A DNA stretch of 64,000 bases from Eledone cirrhosa. Taxonomy: Eukaryota. Positions 14,765 through 30,859 of this stretch are shown here, piece after piece. Every line of letters starts with the position of its first letter. The stretch's first letter is position 1. The notes below the pieces were generated by a model. It was not told the DNA's origin. It saw only the letters and a list, made by a program, of their open reading frames with translations, and searched no databases. The translations under genes were made by a program, and so were the position numbers. The stretch lies in assembly GCA_964016885.1 (NCBI GenBank), contig OZ024740.1, positions 328,476,001-328,540,000 of the forward strand, in the 5' to 3' direction.

Positions 14765-14855
14765 CCGGAGAGGATTCGATAAGGATAATATATATATTAT
14801 CAGAAAATCCCGTTAAGGGTGAAAACAGCGATTCTTTGCTTAAACTTTAATCTGT
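14640..14855. repeat. Fold-back with ~95-bp arms around an (AT)n centre; degenerate hammerhead-like motif
   Basis: acagattaaagtttaagcaaagaatcgctg pairs with cagcgattctttgcttaaactttaatctgt. Motif cagaaRa-tccc-gttaa-ggg-t-gaaa. Confidence 0.75.
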
Positions 14856-15603
14856 ATCTCGAGTCAAAAGTCTGTCTTAACCCAGAAGGCTCATTTGGCC
14901 GGTGCTTATCCCGGTTTCAAGGCGTGGAGCGACAGAGTACAAGACTTTCCCCCGGACAGGACACCAGACTATCACATGGTTCACCCCCTCCCCAGCTATT
15001 GCTGGTAATCATTTTCAGCTGGGTATACTGGAGCAACGTGAAATGAAGTGTTTTGCTCAAGAACTCAACACGAAACCAAAGAATCAAACCCACGACATTA
15101 TGATCATACGTCAAACACCCTTAGACTAGGCCAAATATATACATCTTGACCAGTCCATTAACACAATTGAGATAAACACAAATAATTACAGAATATTTCC
15201 TTTGTCCCTAAAAACAATTTTGTTCCATGTGAAAAAACACACCTACCACCACTGCTGCTACTATCATGACTACACAAGAGTCCATTTTCCAGTTTCCTTC
15301 TCAACAAGGAAGATGAAAAAAACTTACCTTAACACTTAATTTTAAATCTTTAATTTTTAGTTTTTAATTCTTATTAATTCTCTTTAATTGTAATACAGAA
15401 CATTTCATAAGCTGAATTTTACTAATATATCGAAACCGGTTATAGTTTATATACTTTATATACATTACAAAATGTAGAAACAAGTAGAAACAATTATAAA
15501 ATATATACATTTTTTAAATAATGTCACTTTGACGAATCAAAGAAAGGGAAAAATAGAGAAACAGACCCTGAAATATATTTTCCGTGCTATTTCCAACTTC
15601 ACC

Positions 15604-15673
<70 letters not shown>

Positions 15674-15749
15674 ATCTCTCTCCACACACACACACACACA
15701 CACATACACACACACACATACACACACATATATATATATATATATAGAA

Positions 15750-16198
15750 GTGGTTACACAACAGTTAGTTCACCATACCGAGAACAATTGTTTCACCTTA
15801 GCGGATCTTCAGCTCTGGATGTGTATGGTTATAGGAACAGGAAAGACAACCGTACGAACGCGCATGCGCAGAAACTCGGTCACTTCACACAGCCAATACT
15901 AGACTGTGTGCGAGAGGTGTAAGGGAGATAACTGCGAAAGTCCGGAAAGTTTTTAGGTTGAAAAAAAAATTAAATAAAAAAAAAAAAATTACAAAGAATC
16001 AGTCCAGAGCCTTGTAGTTATGTAATAGATGTTTGGTGACGTGTGGACAACGTTTGAAAAATTCACTTCTCGTGTTTAGGCAATCACTATTGCGTAATCT
16101 CTTTAGGATAGTTATTCGTTCGTCAATACATAAGCCACACGTCGGATTTCCCCTTGCGTATGGCTTAGACTTAGTGATGGCTTTCCATTGAATGGAGT
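15750..16198 (-). mobile_element. PLE 3' end fragment with a hammerhead at 15778-15818 (minus strand)
   Basis: PLE-type C-terminus KSKPY...CGLCIDE...LNTRSEFFKRCPH. Minus-strand gag CTGAAGA t-cc gctaa gg-t GAAA caattg TT ctc. Confidence 0.75.
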
Positions 16199-16385
16199 AG
16201 CTTATATATATATATATATTTAGAATGTTGAGAAGTGACACACGAATTGAAAGAAGAAAAAAAATAACAGCAAAATATTTATTTACAAAAAGGAATATAT
16301 ATTTATATATATGTGTATGTGTATATATATATATATTATATACACCTGGTCTGTGTGACAACTTTAAAGCCAGGACCTCCTCGTG

Positions 16386-16514
<129 letters not shown>

Positions 16515-17183
16515 AGTGAGAAATATATAGATAGATAGATATAGATGTATATCTGAGTGTGTATGTGTATGTATAATATTTATTTGAAAATGTTTTTTTA
16601 ACATTAAAACGTTTTTTCCTAATTTTCACTTTACAATTTTCCATATAAGAAAGCATGTATTTGTTATCTATCACTGTTGGTTATGATTTAGATATTTTCT
16701 TTTCATTTTGAAATGCTTTTTATATAATTTTACATCTCGTCCAAATTGCTTACAGTGGATTTATCAGCTAATAAACTACTCGCCTTATACTTTATCTCTA
16801 TTTCTTATTCATTGTAATTTATTTATTTGCGTAATAAATGTATTACAAAATACACTTACCAGATAATGGAAAGTTCACAATAACTACATTTCAAATCCCT
16901 GAGGCGGCTGTTATTTGCGAACATCCTGTGTGTATATGTAGTATGTATCTACACAATTTTGGCAATAAATGAATATCGTTTTAGTTATTTTAATCAGTGT
17001 TTAGTTATCTTTATTTAGTGAAGCGGAACCTGTGATAAGATATATTATATTAGACATGTTGTTGGTGGCTGGCTTTGAAGTCCATCACTAAAGCGTTACA
17101 ATTACATTTCTATTCTTGCATTTTCAGCATGTCGGGTTTCTTGTATGTATATATCATCCTGACTGAGAGGTAGAAAGAATGAT

Positions 17184-17235
<52 letters not shown>

Positions 17236-17253
17236 AGAGAGAGGGAGAGATAG

Positions 17254-17356
<103 letters not shown>

Positions 17357-17877
17357 CATGTAGTGATAAGGAGATTGATAGCGGAAAAAATATGATCTTT
17401 GTTAAAATTATGCCACCCGGACTGTTTATTATATAGTCGGACAAGCTAATGAAAGAGCCTCTACGTGAAGACGTGACGTAATCCTAGCAGCAGCAAAATC
17501 TTAAACGAAGAGATACATATTGGATTATATCCTCCTTGTCACTCAGCAAACATGGGATGTTCCCGCTCTCAATGTCTTTGACGATAGGTCTACACAATAA
17601 GGGCTGATCTAGGGCTAAACAACAACAATACAATACAAATAATAACGACAAATGTATAGACAGTGGATTAGCAAAATCAAATTCAAATCTGATCGAAATG
17701 GATTCGATTATGTGACGTCTCATGAGCATGGCTGGCGTAGCCGAAAAAAAAAACATTTAAAAATGATGAAGGTATGTCCTTGGCAAGGTTAAAGTATCAT
17801 GATCTTGCCACCCATGTATGTACACACAGACACACACACACACACACACAGACATATATATATATATATATATATAT

Positions 17878-17994
17878 AGTTGTAATAAAATGAAAACGAA
17901 ATTTCATTTCTCACTCTTAGTACGGCACTTACTTAAATGTAAGTATGTATGTATACGCACATACATATATGTATACAGACGTACAGTAGCATGC

Positions 17995-18053
<59 letters not shown>

Positions 18054-18563
18054 CATATATATACATACATATATGTACGTATCAGTTTAGCGGATGCTTA
18101 TTATAGCGCACGCTTTGTTCGTTTGTAAACAAACTACTGTACGTCTGTATACATATATGTATGTGGGTATACATACATACTTACATTTAAGTAAGTGCCG
18201 TACTAAGAGTGAGAAATGAAATTTCGTTTTCATTTTATTACAACTCATCGTTTTCGGTGCGCCTGACCGATTTAACTCACTCGATATGCAAATTAGGCTG
18301 CTCAGCCGTTAATTTTCATAAGGAAAGTATATACTTTCGAACGTTCAACTATCTGGCAGATGGGTATACGGTGCTGATGATAGCTAACAAGCTTGAAACT
18401 AGTACATCGTTCCTGTGTCAGTGTTGAACAAAAAGGTGACGTGGTTGCCTTAACACCGTGCGGCATAAATTCAGGCTGTTCAGTTTGTTTACAAACGAAC
18501 AAAGCGTGCGCTATAATAAGCATCCGCTAAACTGATACGTACATATATGTATGTATATATATG

Positions 18564-18622
<59 letters not shown>

Positions 18623-19051
18623 GCATGCTACTGTACGTCTGTATACATATATGTATGTGCGTATACATACATACTTACATTTAAGTAAGTGCCGTACTAA
18701 GAGTGAGAAATGAAATTTCGTTTTCATTTTATTACAACTCATCGTTTTCGGTGCGCCTGACCGATTTAACTCACTCGATATGCAAATTAGGCTGCTCAGC
18801 CGTTAATTTTCATAAAGAAAGTATATACTTTCGAACGTTCAACTATCTGGCAGATGGGTATACGGTGCTGATGATAGCTAACAAGCTTGAAACTAGTACA
18901 TCGTTCCTGTGTCAGTGTTGAACAAAAAGGTGACGTGGTTGCCTTAACACCGTGCGGCATAAATTCAGGCTGTTCAGTTTGTTTACAAACGAACAAAGCG
19001 TGCGCTATAATAAGCATCCGCTAAACTGATACGTACATATATGTATGTATA

Positions 19052-19120
<69 letters not shown>

Positions 19121-19555
19121 GCATGCTACTGTACGTCTGTATACATATATGTATGTGCGTATACATACATACTTACATTTAAGTAAGTGCCGTACTAAGA
19201 GTGAGAAATGAAATTTCGTTTTCATTTTATTACAACTCATCGTTTTCGGTGCGCCTGACCGATTTAACTCACTCGATATGCAAATTAGGCTGCTCAGCCG
19301 TTAATTTTCATAAGGAAAGTATATACTTTCGAACGTTCAACTATCTGGCAGATGGGTATACGGTGCTGATGATAGCTAACAAGCTTGAAACTAGTACATC
19401 GTTCCTGTGTCAGTGTTGAACAAAAAGGTGACGTGGTTGCCTTAACACCGTGCGGCATAAATTCAGGCTGTTCAGTTTGTTTACAAATGAACAAAGCGTG
19501 CGCTATAATAAGCATCCGCTAAACTGATACGTACATATATGTATGTATATATATG

Positions 19556-19608
<53 letters not shown>

Positions 19609-20043
19609 GCATGCTACTGTACGTCTGTATACATATATGTATGTGCGTATACATACATACTTACATTTAAGTAAGTGCCGTACTAAGAGTGAGAAATGAA
19701 ATTTCGTTTTCATTTTATTACAACTCATCGTTTTCGGTGCGCCTGACCGATTTAACTCACTCGATATGCAAATTAGGCTGCTCAGCCGTTAATTTTCATA
19801 AGGAAAGTATATACTTTCGAACGTTCAACTATCTGGCAGATGGGTATACGGTGCTGATGATAGCTAACAAGCTTGAAACTAGTACATCGTTCCTGTGTCA
19901 GTGTTGAACAAAAAGGTGACGTGGTTGCCTTAACACCGTGCGGCATAAATTCAGGCTGTTCAGTTTGTTTACAAACGAACAAAGCGTGCGCTATAATAAG
20001 CATCCGCTAAACTGATACGTACATATATGTATGTATATATATG

Positions 20044-20102
<59 letters not shown>

Positions 20103-20536
20103 GCATGCTACTGTACGTCTGTATACATATATGTATGTGCGTATACATACATACTTACATTTAAGTAAGTGCCGTACTAAGAGTGAGAAATGAAATTTCG
20201 TTTTCATTTTATTACAACTCATCGTTTTCGGTGCGCCTGACCGATTTAACTCACTCGATATGCAAATTAGGCTGCTCAGCCGTTAATTTTCATAAGGAAA
20301 GTATATACTTTCGAACGTTCAACTATCTGGCAGATGGGTATACGGTGCTGATGATAGCTAACAAGCTTGAAACAAGTACATCGTTCCTGTGTCAGTGTTG
20401 AACAAAAGGTGACGTGGTTGCCTTAACACCGTGCGGCATAAATTCAGGCTGTTCAGTTTGTTTACAAACGAACAAAGCGTGCGCTATAATAAGCATCCGC
20501 TAAACTGATACGTACATATATGTATGTATATATATG

Positions 20537-20598
<62 letters not shown>

Positions 20599-21034
20599 TG
20601 CATGCTACTGTACGTCTGTATACATATATGTATGTGCGTATACATACATACTTACATTTAAGTAAGTGCCGTACTAAGAGTGAGAAATGAAATTTCGTTT
20701 TCATTTTATTACAACTCATCGTTTTCGGTGCGCCTGACCGATTTAACTCACTCGATATGCAAATTAGGCTGCTCAGCCGTTAATTTTCATAAAGAAAGTA
20801 TATACTTTCGAACGTTCAACTATCTGGCAGATGGGTATACGGTGCTGATGATAGCTAACAAGCTTGAAACTAGTACATCGTTCCTGTGTCAGTGTTGAAC
20901 AAAAAGGTGACGTGGTTGCCTTAACACCGTGCGGCATAAATTCAGGCTGTTCAGTTTGTTTACAAACGAACAAAGCGTGCGCTATAATAAGCATCCGCTA
21001 AACTGATACGTACATATATGTATGTATATATATG

Positions 21035-21095
<61 letters not shown>

Positions 21096-21530
21096 GCATG
21101 CTACTGTACGTCTGTATACATATATGTATGTGCGTATACATACATACTTACATCTAAGTAAGTGCCGTACTAAGAGTGAGAAATGAAATTTCGTTTTCAT
21201 TTTATTACAACTCATCGTTTTCGGTGCGCCTGACCGATTTAACTCACTCGATATGCAAATTAGGCTGCTCAGCCGTTAATTTTCATAAGGAAAGTATATA
21301 CTTTCGAACGTTCAACTATCTGGCAGATGGGTATACGGTGCTGATGATAGCTAACAAGCTTGAAACTAGTACATCGTTCCTGTGTCAGTGTTGAACAAAA
21401 AGGTGACGTGGTTGCCTTAACACCGTGCGGCATAAATTCAGGCTGTTCAGTTTGTTTACAAATGAACAAAGCGTGCGCTATAATAAGCATCCGCTAAACT
21501 GATACGTACATATATGTATGTATATATATG

Positions 21531-21585
<55 letters not shown>

Positions 21586-22019
21586 GCATGCTACTGTACG
21601 TCTGTATACATATATGTATGTGCGTATACATACATACTTACATTTAAGTAAGTGCCGTACTAAGAGTGAGAAATGAAATTTCGTTTTCATTTTATTACAA
21701 CTCATCGTTTTCGGTGCGCCTGACCGATTTAACTCACTCGATATGCAAATTAGGCTGCTCAGCCGTTAATTTTCATAAGGAAAGTATATACTTTCGAACG
21801 TTCAACTATCTGGCAGATGGGTATACGGTGCTGATGATAGCTAACAAGCTTGAAACAAGTACATCGTTCCTGTGTCAGTGTTGAACAAAAGGTGACGTGG
21901 TTGCCTTAACACCGTGCGGCATAAATTCAGGCTGTTCAGTTTGTTTACAAACGAACAAAGCGTGCGCTATAATAAGCATCCGCTAAACTGATACGTACAT
22001 ATATGTATGTATATATATG

Positions 22020-22072
<53 letters not shown>

Positions 22073-22507
22073 GCATGCTACTGTACGTCTGTATACATAT
22101 ATGTATGTGCGTATACATACATACTTACATTTAAGTAAGTGCCGTACTAAGAGTGAGAAATGAAATTTCGTTTTCATTTTATTACAACTCATCGTTTTCG
22201 GTGCGCCTGACCGATTTAACTCACTCGATATGCAAATTAGGCTGCTCAGCCGTTAATTTTCATAAGGAAAGTATATACTTTCGAACGTTCAACTATCTGG
22301 CAGATGGGTATACGGTGCTGATGATAGCTAACAAGCTTGAAACTAGTACATCGTTCCTGTGTCAGTGTTGAACAAAAAGGTGACGTGGTTGCCTTAACAC
22401 CGTGCGGCATAAATTCAGGCTGTTCAGTTTGTTTACAAACGAACAAAGCGTGCGCTATAATAAGCATCCGCTAAACTGATACGTACATATATGTATGTAT
22501 ATATATG

Positions 22508-22564
<57 letters not shown>

Positions 22565-22999
22565 GCATGCTACTGTACGTCTGTATACATATATGTATGT
22601 GCGTATACATACATACTTACATTTAAGTAAGTGCCGTACTAAGAGTGAGAAATGAAATTTCGTTTTCATTTTATTACAACTCATCGTTTTCGGTGCGCCT
22701 GACCGATTTAACTCACTCGATATGCAAATTAGGCTGCTCAGCCGTTAATTTTCATAAGGAAAGTATATACTTTCGAACGTTCAACTATCTGGCAGATGGG
22801 TATACGGTGCTGATGATAGCTAACAAGCTTGAAACTAGTACATCGTTCCTGTGTCAGTGTTGAACAAAAAGGTGACGTGGTTGCCTTAACACCGTGCGGC
22901 ATAAATTCAGGCTGTTCAGTTTGTTTACAAACGAACAAAGCGTGCGCTATAATAAGCATCCGCTAAACTGATACGTACATATATGTATGTATATATATG

Positions 23000-23045
<46 letters not shown>

Positions 23046-23477
23046 CATGCATGCTACTGTACGTCTGTATACATATATGTATGTGCGTATACATACATAC
23101 TTACATTTAAGTAAGTGCCGTACTAAGAGTGAGAAATGAAATTTCGTTTTCATTTTATTACAACTCATCGTTTTCGGTGCGCCTGACCGATTTAACTCAC
23201 TCGATATGCAAATTAGGCTGCTCAGCCGTTAATTTTCATAAAGAAAGTATATACTTTCGAACGTTCAACTATCTGGCAGATGGGTATACGGTGCTGATGA
23301 TAGCTAACAAGCTTGAAACTAGTACATCGTTCCTGTGTCAGTGTTGAACAAAAAGGTGACGTGGTTGCCTTAACACCGTGCGGCATAAATTCAGGCTGTT
23401 CAGTTTATTTACAAACGAACAAAGCGTGCGCTATAATAAGCATCCGCTAAACTGATACGTACATATATGTATGTATA

Positions 23478-23553
<76 letters not shown>

Positions 23554-23603
23554 TGCTACTGTACGTCTGTATACATATATGTATGTGCGTATACATACAT
23601 ACT

Positions 23604-23607
<4 letters not shown>
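17878..23607 (+). mobile_element. Retrozyme-like tandem array 2: inverted head (17878-18133) plus 11 units of ~484-498 bp, one hammerhead per unit
   Basis: Units recur with cores at ~18374, 18868, 19366, 19854, 20348, 20845, 21341, 21831, 22318, 22810 and 23294. Length varies mainly through an internal TA/TG microsatellite. (TA)n flanks. Confidence 0.9.
18368..18410 (+). ncRNA. Minimal type I hammerhead ribozyme (first of 11 in array 2)
   Basis: Stem I acggtg/catcgt; CTGATGA 18374-18380; stem II t-agct-aaca-agct-t; GAAA; palindromic stem III ACTAGT; GUA cleavage after 18404. Confidence 0.9.
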
Positions 23608-23645
<38 letters not shown>

Positions 23646-24569
23646 CCTATGCGTGAACTGCAAATAAATTTGTTGAGCAAACAATGAGATGGAAATCACT
23701 AGATATCGATTTAAACCCTTATTAGTATAATTAACTCCCAAAATGTTTTCATTAATTATGGTCGAGTGTTCCATATTTGTGAAGTCATGCTGCTATATTA
23801 AGCATTACGGCTAAACTTAGCCACTGCTGTTGTCACTTGCTGACCGACTTGGCAGTTAATGGCACACGTGGAATACCATCAACGACTTGAAAATGTAGTA
23901 GTAAGGTCGATTTTCGGAGTCACCTCAAAGGAATGCTGGCTGATGAGAGTTCTCTTGTCCGGAATTTGCTGGTTATGGATTTATTAGCAATCGATGACCA
24001 GAGGATTTTCCAGGTATTTCGAAACAGTACTGTATCACCTTAGTCGTGTATTTTTGTATGCCGGCAGATTTGTTGTGTGCTAAACTAGAGGGAAACAGGT
24101 TTCAATTAATAAACTTATGAGTACTTTAACATTTTCATATTTTGATCTGACGATACATTAATTAGATTTTTCTCATAGTTTAGGCTACTGGTTGGGAATG
24201 TTGTCTCACAATAATCCTATACATGTGCTACATACATACATACATACATACGTACATACTTACATACATATATAATAACCAAATACTGATTAAAAGAACA
24301 TATATACATACAGACTCGTTACCAAGACTACCTAACAGTTTCTTATGTTTTGTTTACATTCTTCATTTTCGATTTTGTTTTTTACTTGACCCTTTTTCTG
24401 TTTCTCATGTATGATCTTATCTCTATTTTGTACTCCTGAAGAAGGGCTTAAGCTCGACACGTTGAACTTTCTTTGCTCTTTCCAATATAAAGCGTGAAAC
24501 TAATAAAACTTTTTGTATCTCTGCTTGTTGCCTCCTTGAAATATATACATTCAGACATATATATATATA

Positions 24570-24619
<50 letters not shown>

Positions 24620-25270
24620 GATACATTGTGTATAAGACACATGCCGTACAAGATATTCAAATATATAAATTCATAACTTGAACTACCTATTTATTTACAT
24701 AAAATACAAAATCAATTCCCACGTAACTCATATTATAAACAACCACCTAAAAGTTGAACTACCTATTTATTTATTTATTTATTTATCTACATAAAACACA
24801 AAATCAACTTCCCTCGTAACTCATATTATAAACAACTAATAATTGCAAATTATCTATATCTCTTTAATACTAATACATATGCTATTATTAAAATATATAT
24901 AGATATTTATATATTTAACCCACTACAATATTGTAATAAGATAAATACTTACAAACATAATTCTCCATATAAGTATATACATAATATTCAAATTTTTCCC
25001 CCAAATTAACATATATATGTGGTTTTCTTCTTTTGCTTTTTCCTTTTTCTTTTTCTTTCTTTCTCTCCTAATACAAACATATATCTAAATTTTCCATAGC
25101 GTTTAAAATAACGGTTTTTCAATCATATACCTCAACCTCATTTATATATTCATTTGCATACTCATCCTAACAATTTTGAAAAATACGTTCTTTAAATTCA
25201 CTATCCAAAGAAAATTCAACTGATAAGGTATGTTCCTTGGCTATGTCAAAATTTATAAAACTCACTTTGT

Positions 25271-25330
25271 ATTTTATCTGATGAAAGCGTACCAAAGTTT
25301 TTGGTACCCTTGAAATATATATAATAGAAT
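25271..25330 (+). ncRNA. Type I hammerhead in a PLE terminal fragment (family of 28632-29068)
   Basis: attttat CTGATGA aag-c-gtaccaaa..tttggtac-c-ctt GAAA tatata TA atagaat. Confidence 0.8.
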
Positions 25331-25625
25331 AAATATAGTTTTATAAATATAGTTTCCATTTATTTAATATCATTATATATATATATATATATCTTGATAT
25401 ATGGAAGTGAAACATGGACGCTTACATATATACATACATACTAGTTCATTTATTTGCAGCTATCATGACTCAAACAAAAACGTCTTGTCACTTTGATAAC
25501 GGATGACAATTTGAATTTTGTAACGAAGAAATTAAATAGATCTGAAAACTCCATATATATGTGTGAGTGTGCCTGAGTGTGTGCGCATGTATATATATGT
25601 ATGTGTGTATATATTTTTTACAGGC

Positions 25626-25660
<35 letters not shown>

Positions 25661-25699
25661 TACACACACATTTTTTTTCATCGACTTTCGTCAAATTGG

Positions 25700-25892
25700 A
25701 CCGAGGAAAAAATGTTTTTATCGGTCTTTCCAATTGCTAGTACTATCTATCGGTCGCAACTCCAGGTAGAAGGAGCAATGTGAAATAAAGTGTCTTGCTC
25801 AAGGACATAACGCATCGCCCGGTCCAGGAATCGAACTCACAACCTCAAGATTGTGAATCCAATTCTCTAACCACTCAGCCACACGCCTTCAG
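25700..25892 (-). mobile_element. tRNA-derived SINE with CORE-like domain (related copies ~14880-15130-, 36855-36960+, 43040-43160+)
   Basis: Minus strand has A box tggctgagtgg and B box gttcgattcc, then tgtccttgagcaagacactt, which resembles the CORE-SINE motif tgaccttgggcaagtcactt. Confidence 0.75.
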
Positions 25893-25896
25893 CCCC

Positions 25897-26070
<174 letters not shown>

Positions 26071-26427
26071 CCCTTGTCAAGTTTAGAACGGAAACCTTGA
26101 ATGCCATGAGCAGATGCAGTGGTAATGTCATATACTTTAAAACATGTAATTATTGTTTAATATTTGGTAGGTGTGCACTTGTTTGCAGTTCATTCTCATT
26201 GACAATTGATGTGACATTCAGCCCCAACTTTACATTTGATCTCCATAATTGTTCTTATTCTGTCAAACATAATTGTATTCTGCTTATTGTGTTTAGTACA
26301 CCTTTCAACAATATATATGCAGATATATATTCAAAATGTTATTATTATTTTTCTTCATTTGAAATTTCAGCCTGTGTTCTTTTCAGGTATACCTTAGATC
26401 AAATTGGAAATATATCTATATATCGAC

Positions 26428-26490
<63 letters not shown>

Positions 26491-26491
26491 G

Positions 26492-26555
<64 letters not shown>

Positions 26556-26618
26556 ATCTATCTATATCGGTATCTATCTACCTACCTACTTAACTATATA
26601 TCTATCTTTCTATCTGCC

Positions 26619-26733
<115 letters not shown>

Positions 26734-27779
26734 CTTTTTATCAATCTATATATCTCTCTATCTCTCTGACCGTGTGGTATACACAGCACTGTGCGAAAAG
26801 AATATGACAAGCTCACGACATAAAATATTATCAAAATAGTATGCGTTAGAAATTTTGTTATTTGTTCTGGTTTTAATGCTTAACCGTACATAGAAATTTA
26901 GAACGCCAGTACGAAAGACTTTCAGATCGGCGCAAGCGATTACAATTCAAATTATGAAGAACACCCATACAACAATTGCTGATCTGACCGAGGTGAAAAT
27001 TGCTCTGAATGACGATGTCTATCTTCTCGACCCACCGATTCTCTTGAAAAACATTCAAGAAGGTTTGAAGGCTAAAGATGATAGATTTCCACCCGGCACT
27101 ACTTTTGTTAAAGAAGTGATTCGCCCTCTCTAATCTCTTTTAGCTGTGTAGCCCACCACGCTATTCACAGACGAAATATTTCAAAGAAATCGGCACTAGC
27201 ATTACTTCACATGCTGGTCTCACTTGTAAAGTCAGGTGAGTTCATGATATAATCATATTATCTATCTACATCATATATAAGTATGATATATATGTACCAT
27301 TGCAATAGTAATATTCCTCCTTTCACAAGATCATAGGTATCCTCTAATGAGAACGAAATTATGCCTGAAATGCATCAGGATACTTCCTTATTATTATGTA
27401 TGAGGGGAGAAATAGTTGAATGTATTTATACATCAACTTTCCTTTTTTGCCATAGTGAAGGCTTCTAATGATAAAACAAATCCTCTAATTGTATTCATAT
27501 TAAGTTTCCCTTAAATTTTGATTCGCAAACCCACGCACGCACACATACACAGAGATGTAGACACATGCATACACAAACACGATTAAGGTACATACGGTGG
27601 CACAGATTGAGAATATTAGTTTAACATAATTAGTATTTGTAATTAATAACTGATTGGCATACGTTTCTTCACCAGCCAACTGTACTGACACTCCTGGTCA
27701 CGCTGAGTGTATGGACGTTTCCTGGAGTGCTTGAAATAATAGAAATTTCCTTATGAGATTTTACTCGGAAGTGTTTGTG

Positions 27780-29143
<1,364 letters not shown>

Positions 29144-29804
29144 TAAACGGAATAGAAAATGCTGACAAATTGTTCACAGTTGAAAAATGGTTTAATTAGG
29201 AATAAAAGAGTATTAGTGATTGTATGGGTTAGTATTCAGTTGTGGTTTTAAGTTTTTAAGTTTTTACCGGTTGCGCATTTCTAAATGCTTTTCAAAAATA
29301 ATTTTGAGATAGAGTGTCCGTGTTGTTTGCTCAGATCAGAGCAAACAAAACGAACACTCTATCTCAAAATTTGCAACATCACAACTTACAATTAAGGACA
29401 AAATGAAAACACACACACACATAGAACAAACAACCAATAACATGTAAATAAATAAACAAATAGATAAATGAACACACAGACACACAGATACCCGGATGTG
29501 GCGCATGCGCAAACTGAGCACACAACACACACACACAGAAACAAAATGGCGTAGGACAGAAGAAAGGAAAGGCACAGAAACAAAGAAAGGAATCCCCAGT
29601 CACTGAAGAGGTCACAGAGTGTGTGACGAAAGGACTATGACTATATATAAACAACTATCTGGTTGTGGAACCAACCAACCAACCAGAAATTTATAAATTT
29701 GTAGATTTGTAAATTTATAAATTTATAAATATATAATAAATTGAAGTGAAAGCAACTGGTGCGTGTGTTTCTTATTGGCAACATGACCCTCCCAAAGTAT
29801 AACA

Positions 29805-29868
<64 letters not shown>

Positions 29869-30004
29869 TGTTATCGTTCGTTGTCTTGGCCTCGGTTTGT
29901 GGATTTTCCTAAGTTTATCATTACTAACTGTTGACGAACGTGTTTATTCTTCTCCCTCCCCCATTAATTTCAAAGGCTCACAATTTTTTAAAACGATATC
30001 TTGC

Positions 30005-30092
30005 CTTCTTCTTCTTCTTCTTCTTCTTCTTCTTCTTCTTCTTCTTCTTCTTCTTCTTCTTCTTCTTCTTCTTCTTCTTCTTCTTCTTCTTC
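30005..30092. repeat. (CTT)n microsatellite
   Basis: Direct reading; source of the poly-S, poly-L and poly-F ORFs. Confidence 0.95.
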
Positions 30093-30450
30093 TCCGCCTC
30101 CTCCTCCTACTTCTCCCCTCCTCCTCCTTTCCCTTGTTTTACCCACGAGAGTTTCCTACTATAAGAGGCACAATACCATTCCACTGTCGTCACGTGAAAT
30201 TCTATGTAATTGCTATAAGTTGGTGTTTTGTCTCGCCACTTACCCCATAGGACAGCGCTTTGACTTGTGTCAGACTCTGTGACTCCGTGTGGACCAAAGT
30301 CTCTCTCAACGGCCAATGACTCTGGAGTTCTGTGTCTTTTGTTTTTATTTTTATTTAAAAAAAAAATGTGAAAGTTTTTCTCCTTAAAAAAAATTGTTTT
30401 TCGTTTTGCCTTGTTTTCATTTGTTGCTTTGTTCTCTTTTTATTAATTTT

Positions 30451-30519
<69 letters not shown>

Positions 30520-30859
30520 GTGTGTATGCACATATCATCGGCATCCCCAACAAGCAGAATATGTAGTACCAATTAACTATACAGTGCTCGACATTAAATG
30601 ACAAGTCAAAACTCCAGATATAGAAGTTCGCCAGCTGGTGAAACTTTTATAAATTGCAAAATAACCAAATTGGCTCTTCTTGTTAGGTTGCGCGTGTAAA
30701 CAATATCTTCATACAGACGTCACTCCACTATGATGTGTTTGCTGTAGGAAAAGCATGGCAAGGATATGTCTCTATTTTGATCTAGTGTCTGTCGGTCTCG
30801 ACTTTATAAGACCTGCAAATACATGGTACGTAATAAATGCAGTTCTTATATTCTAACCA

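Noticed and set aside
18209-23347. Repeated 72-aa ORF (MRNEISFSF...) and antisense 69-85-aa ORFs in array 2
   Set aside because: The plus ORF starts at GTG, has no recognisable domain and overlaps the hammerhead. The antisense ORFs are frameshifted in some units or run through the microsatellite. They are best explained as by-products of repetition.
25810-25892. tRNA gene
   Set aside because: The A and B boxes run into a repeated CORE-like body and no full cloverleaf forms, so it is a SINE head.
26770-27250. Possible Tc1/mariner remnant (LFTDE-like peptide near 27160)
   Set aside because: Only five residues match, a stop follows shortly after, and I found no paired TIRs.
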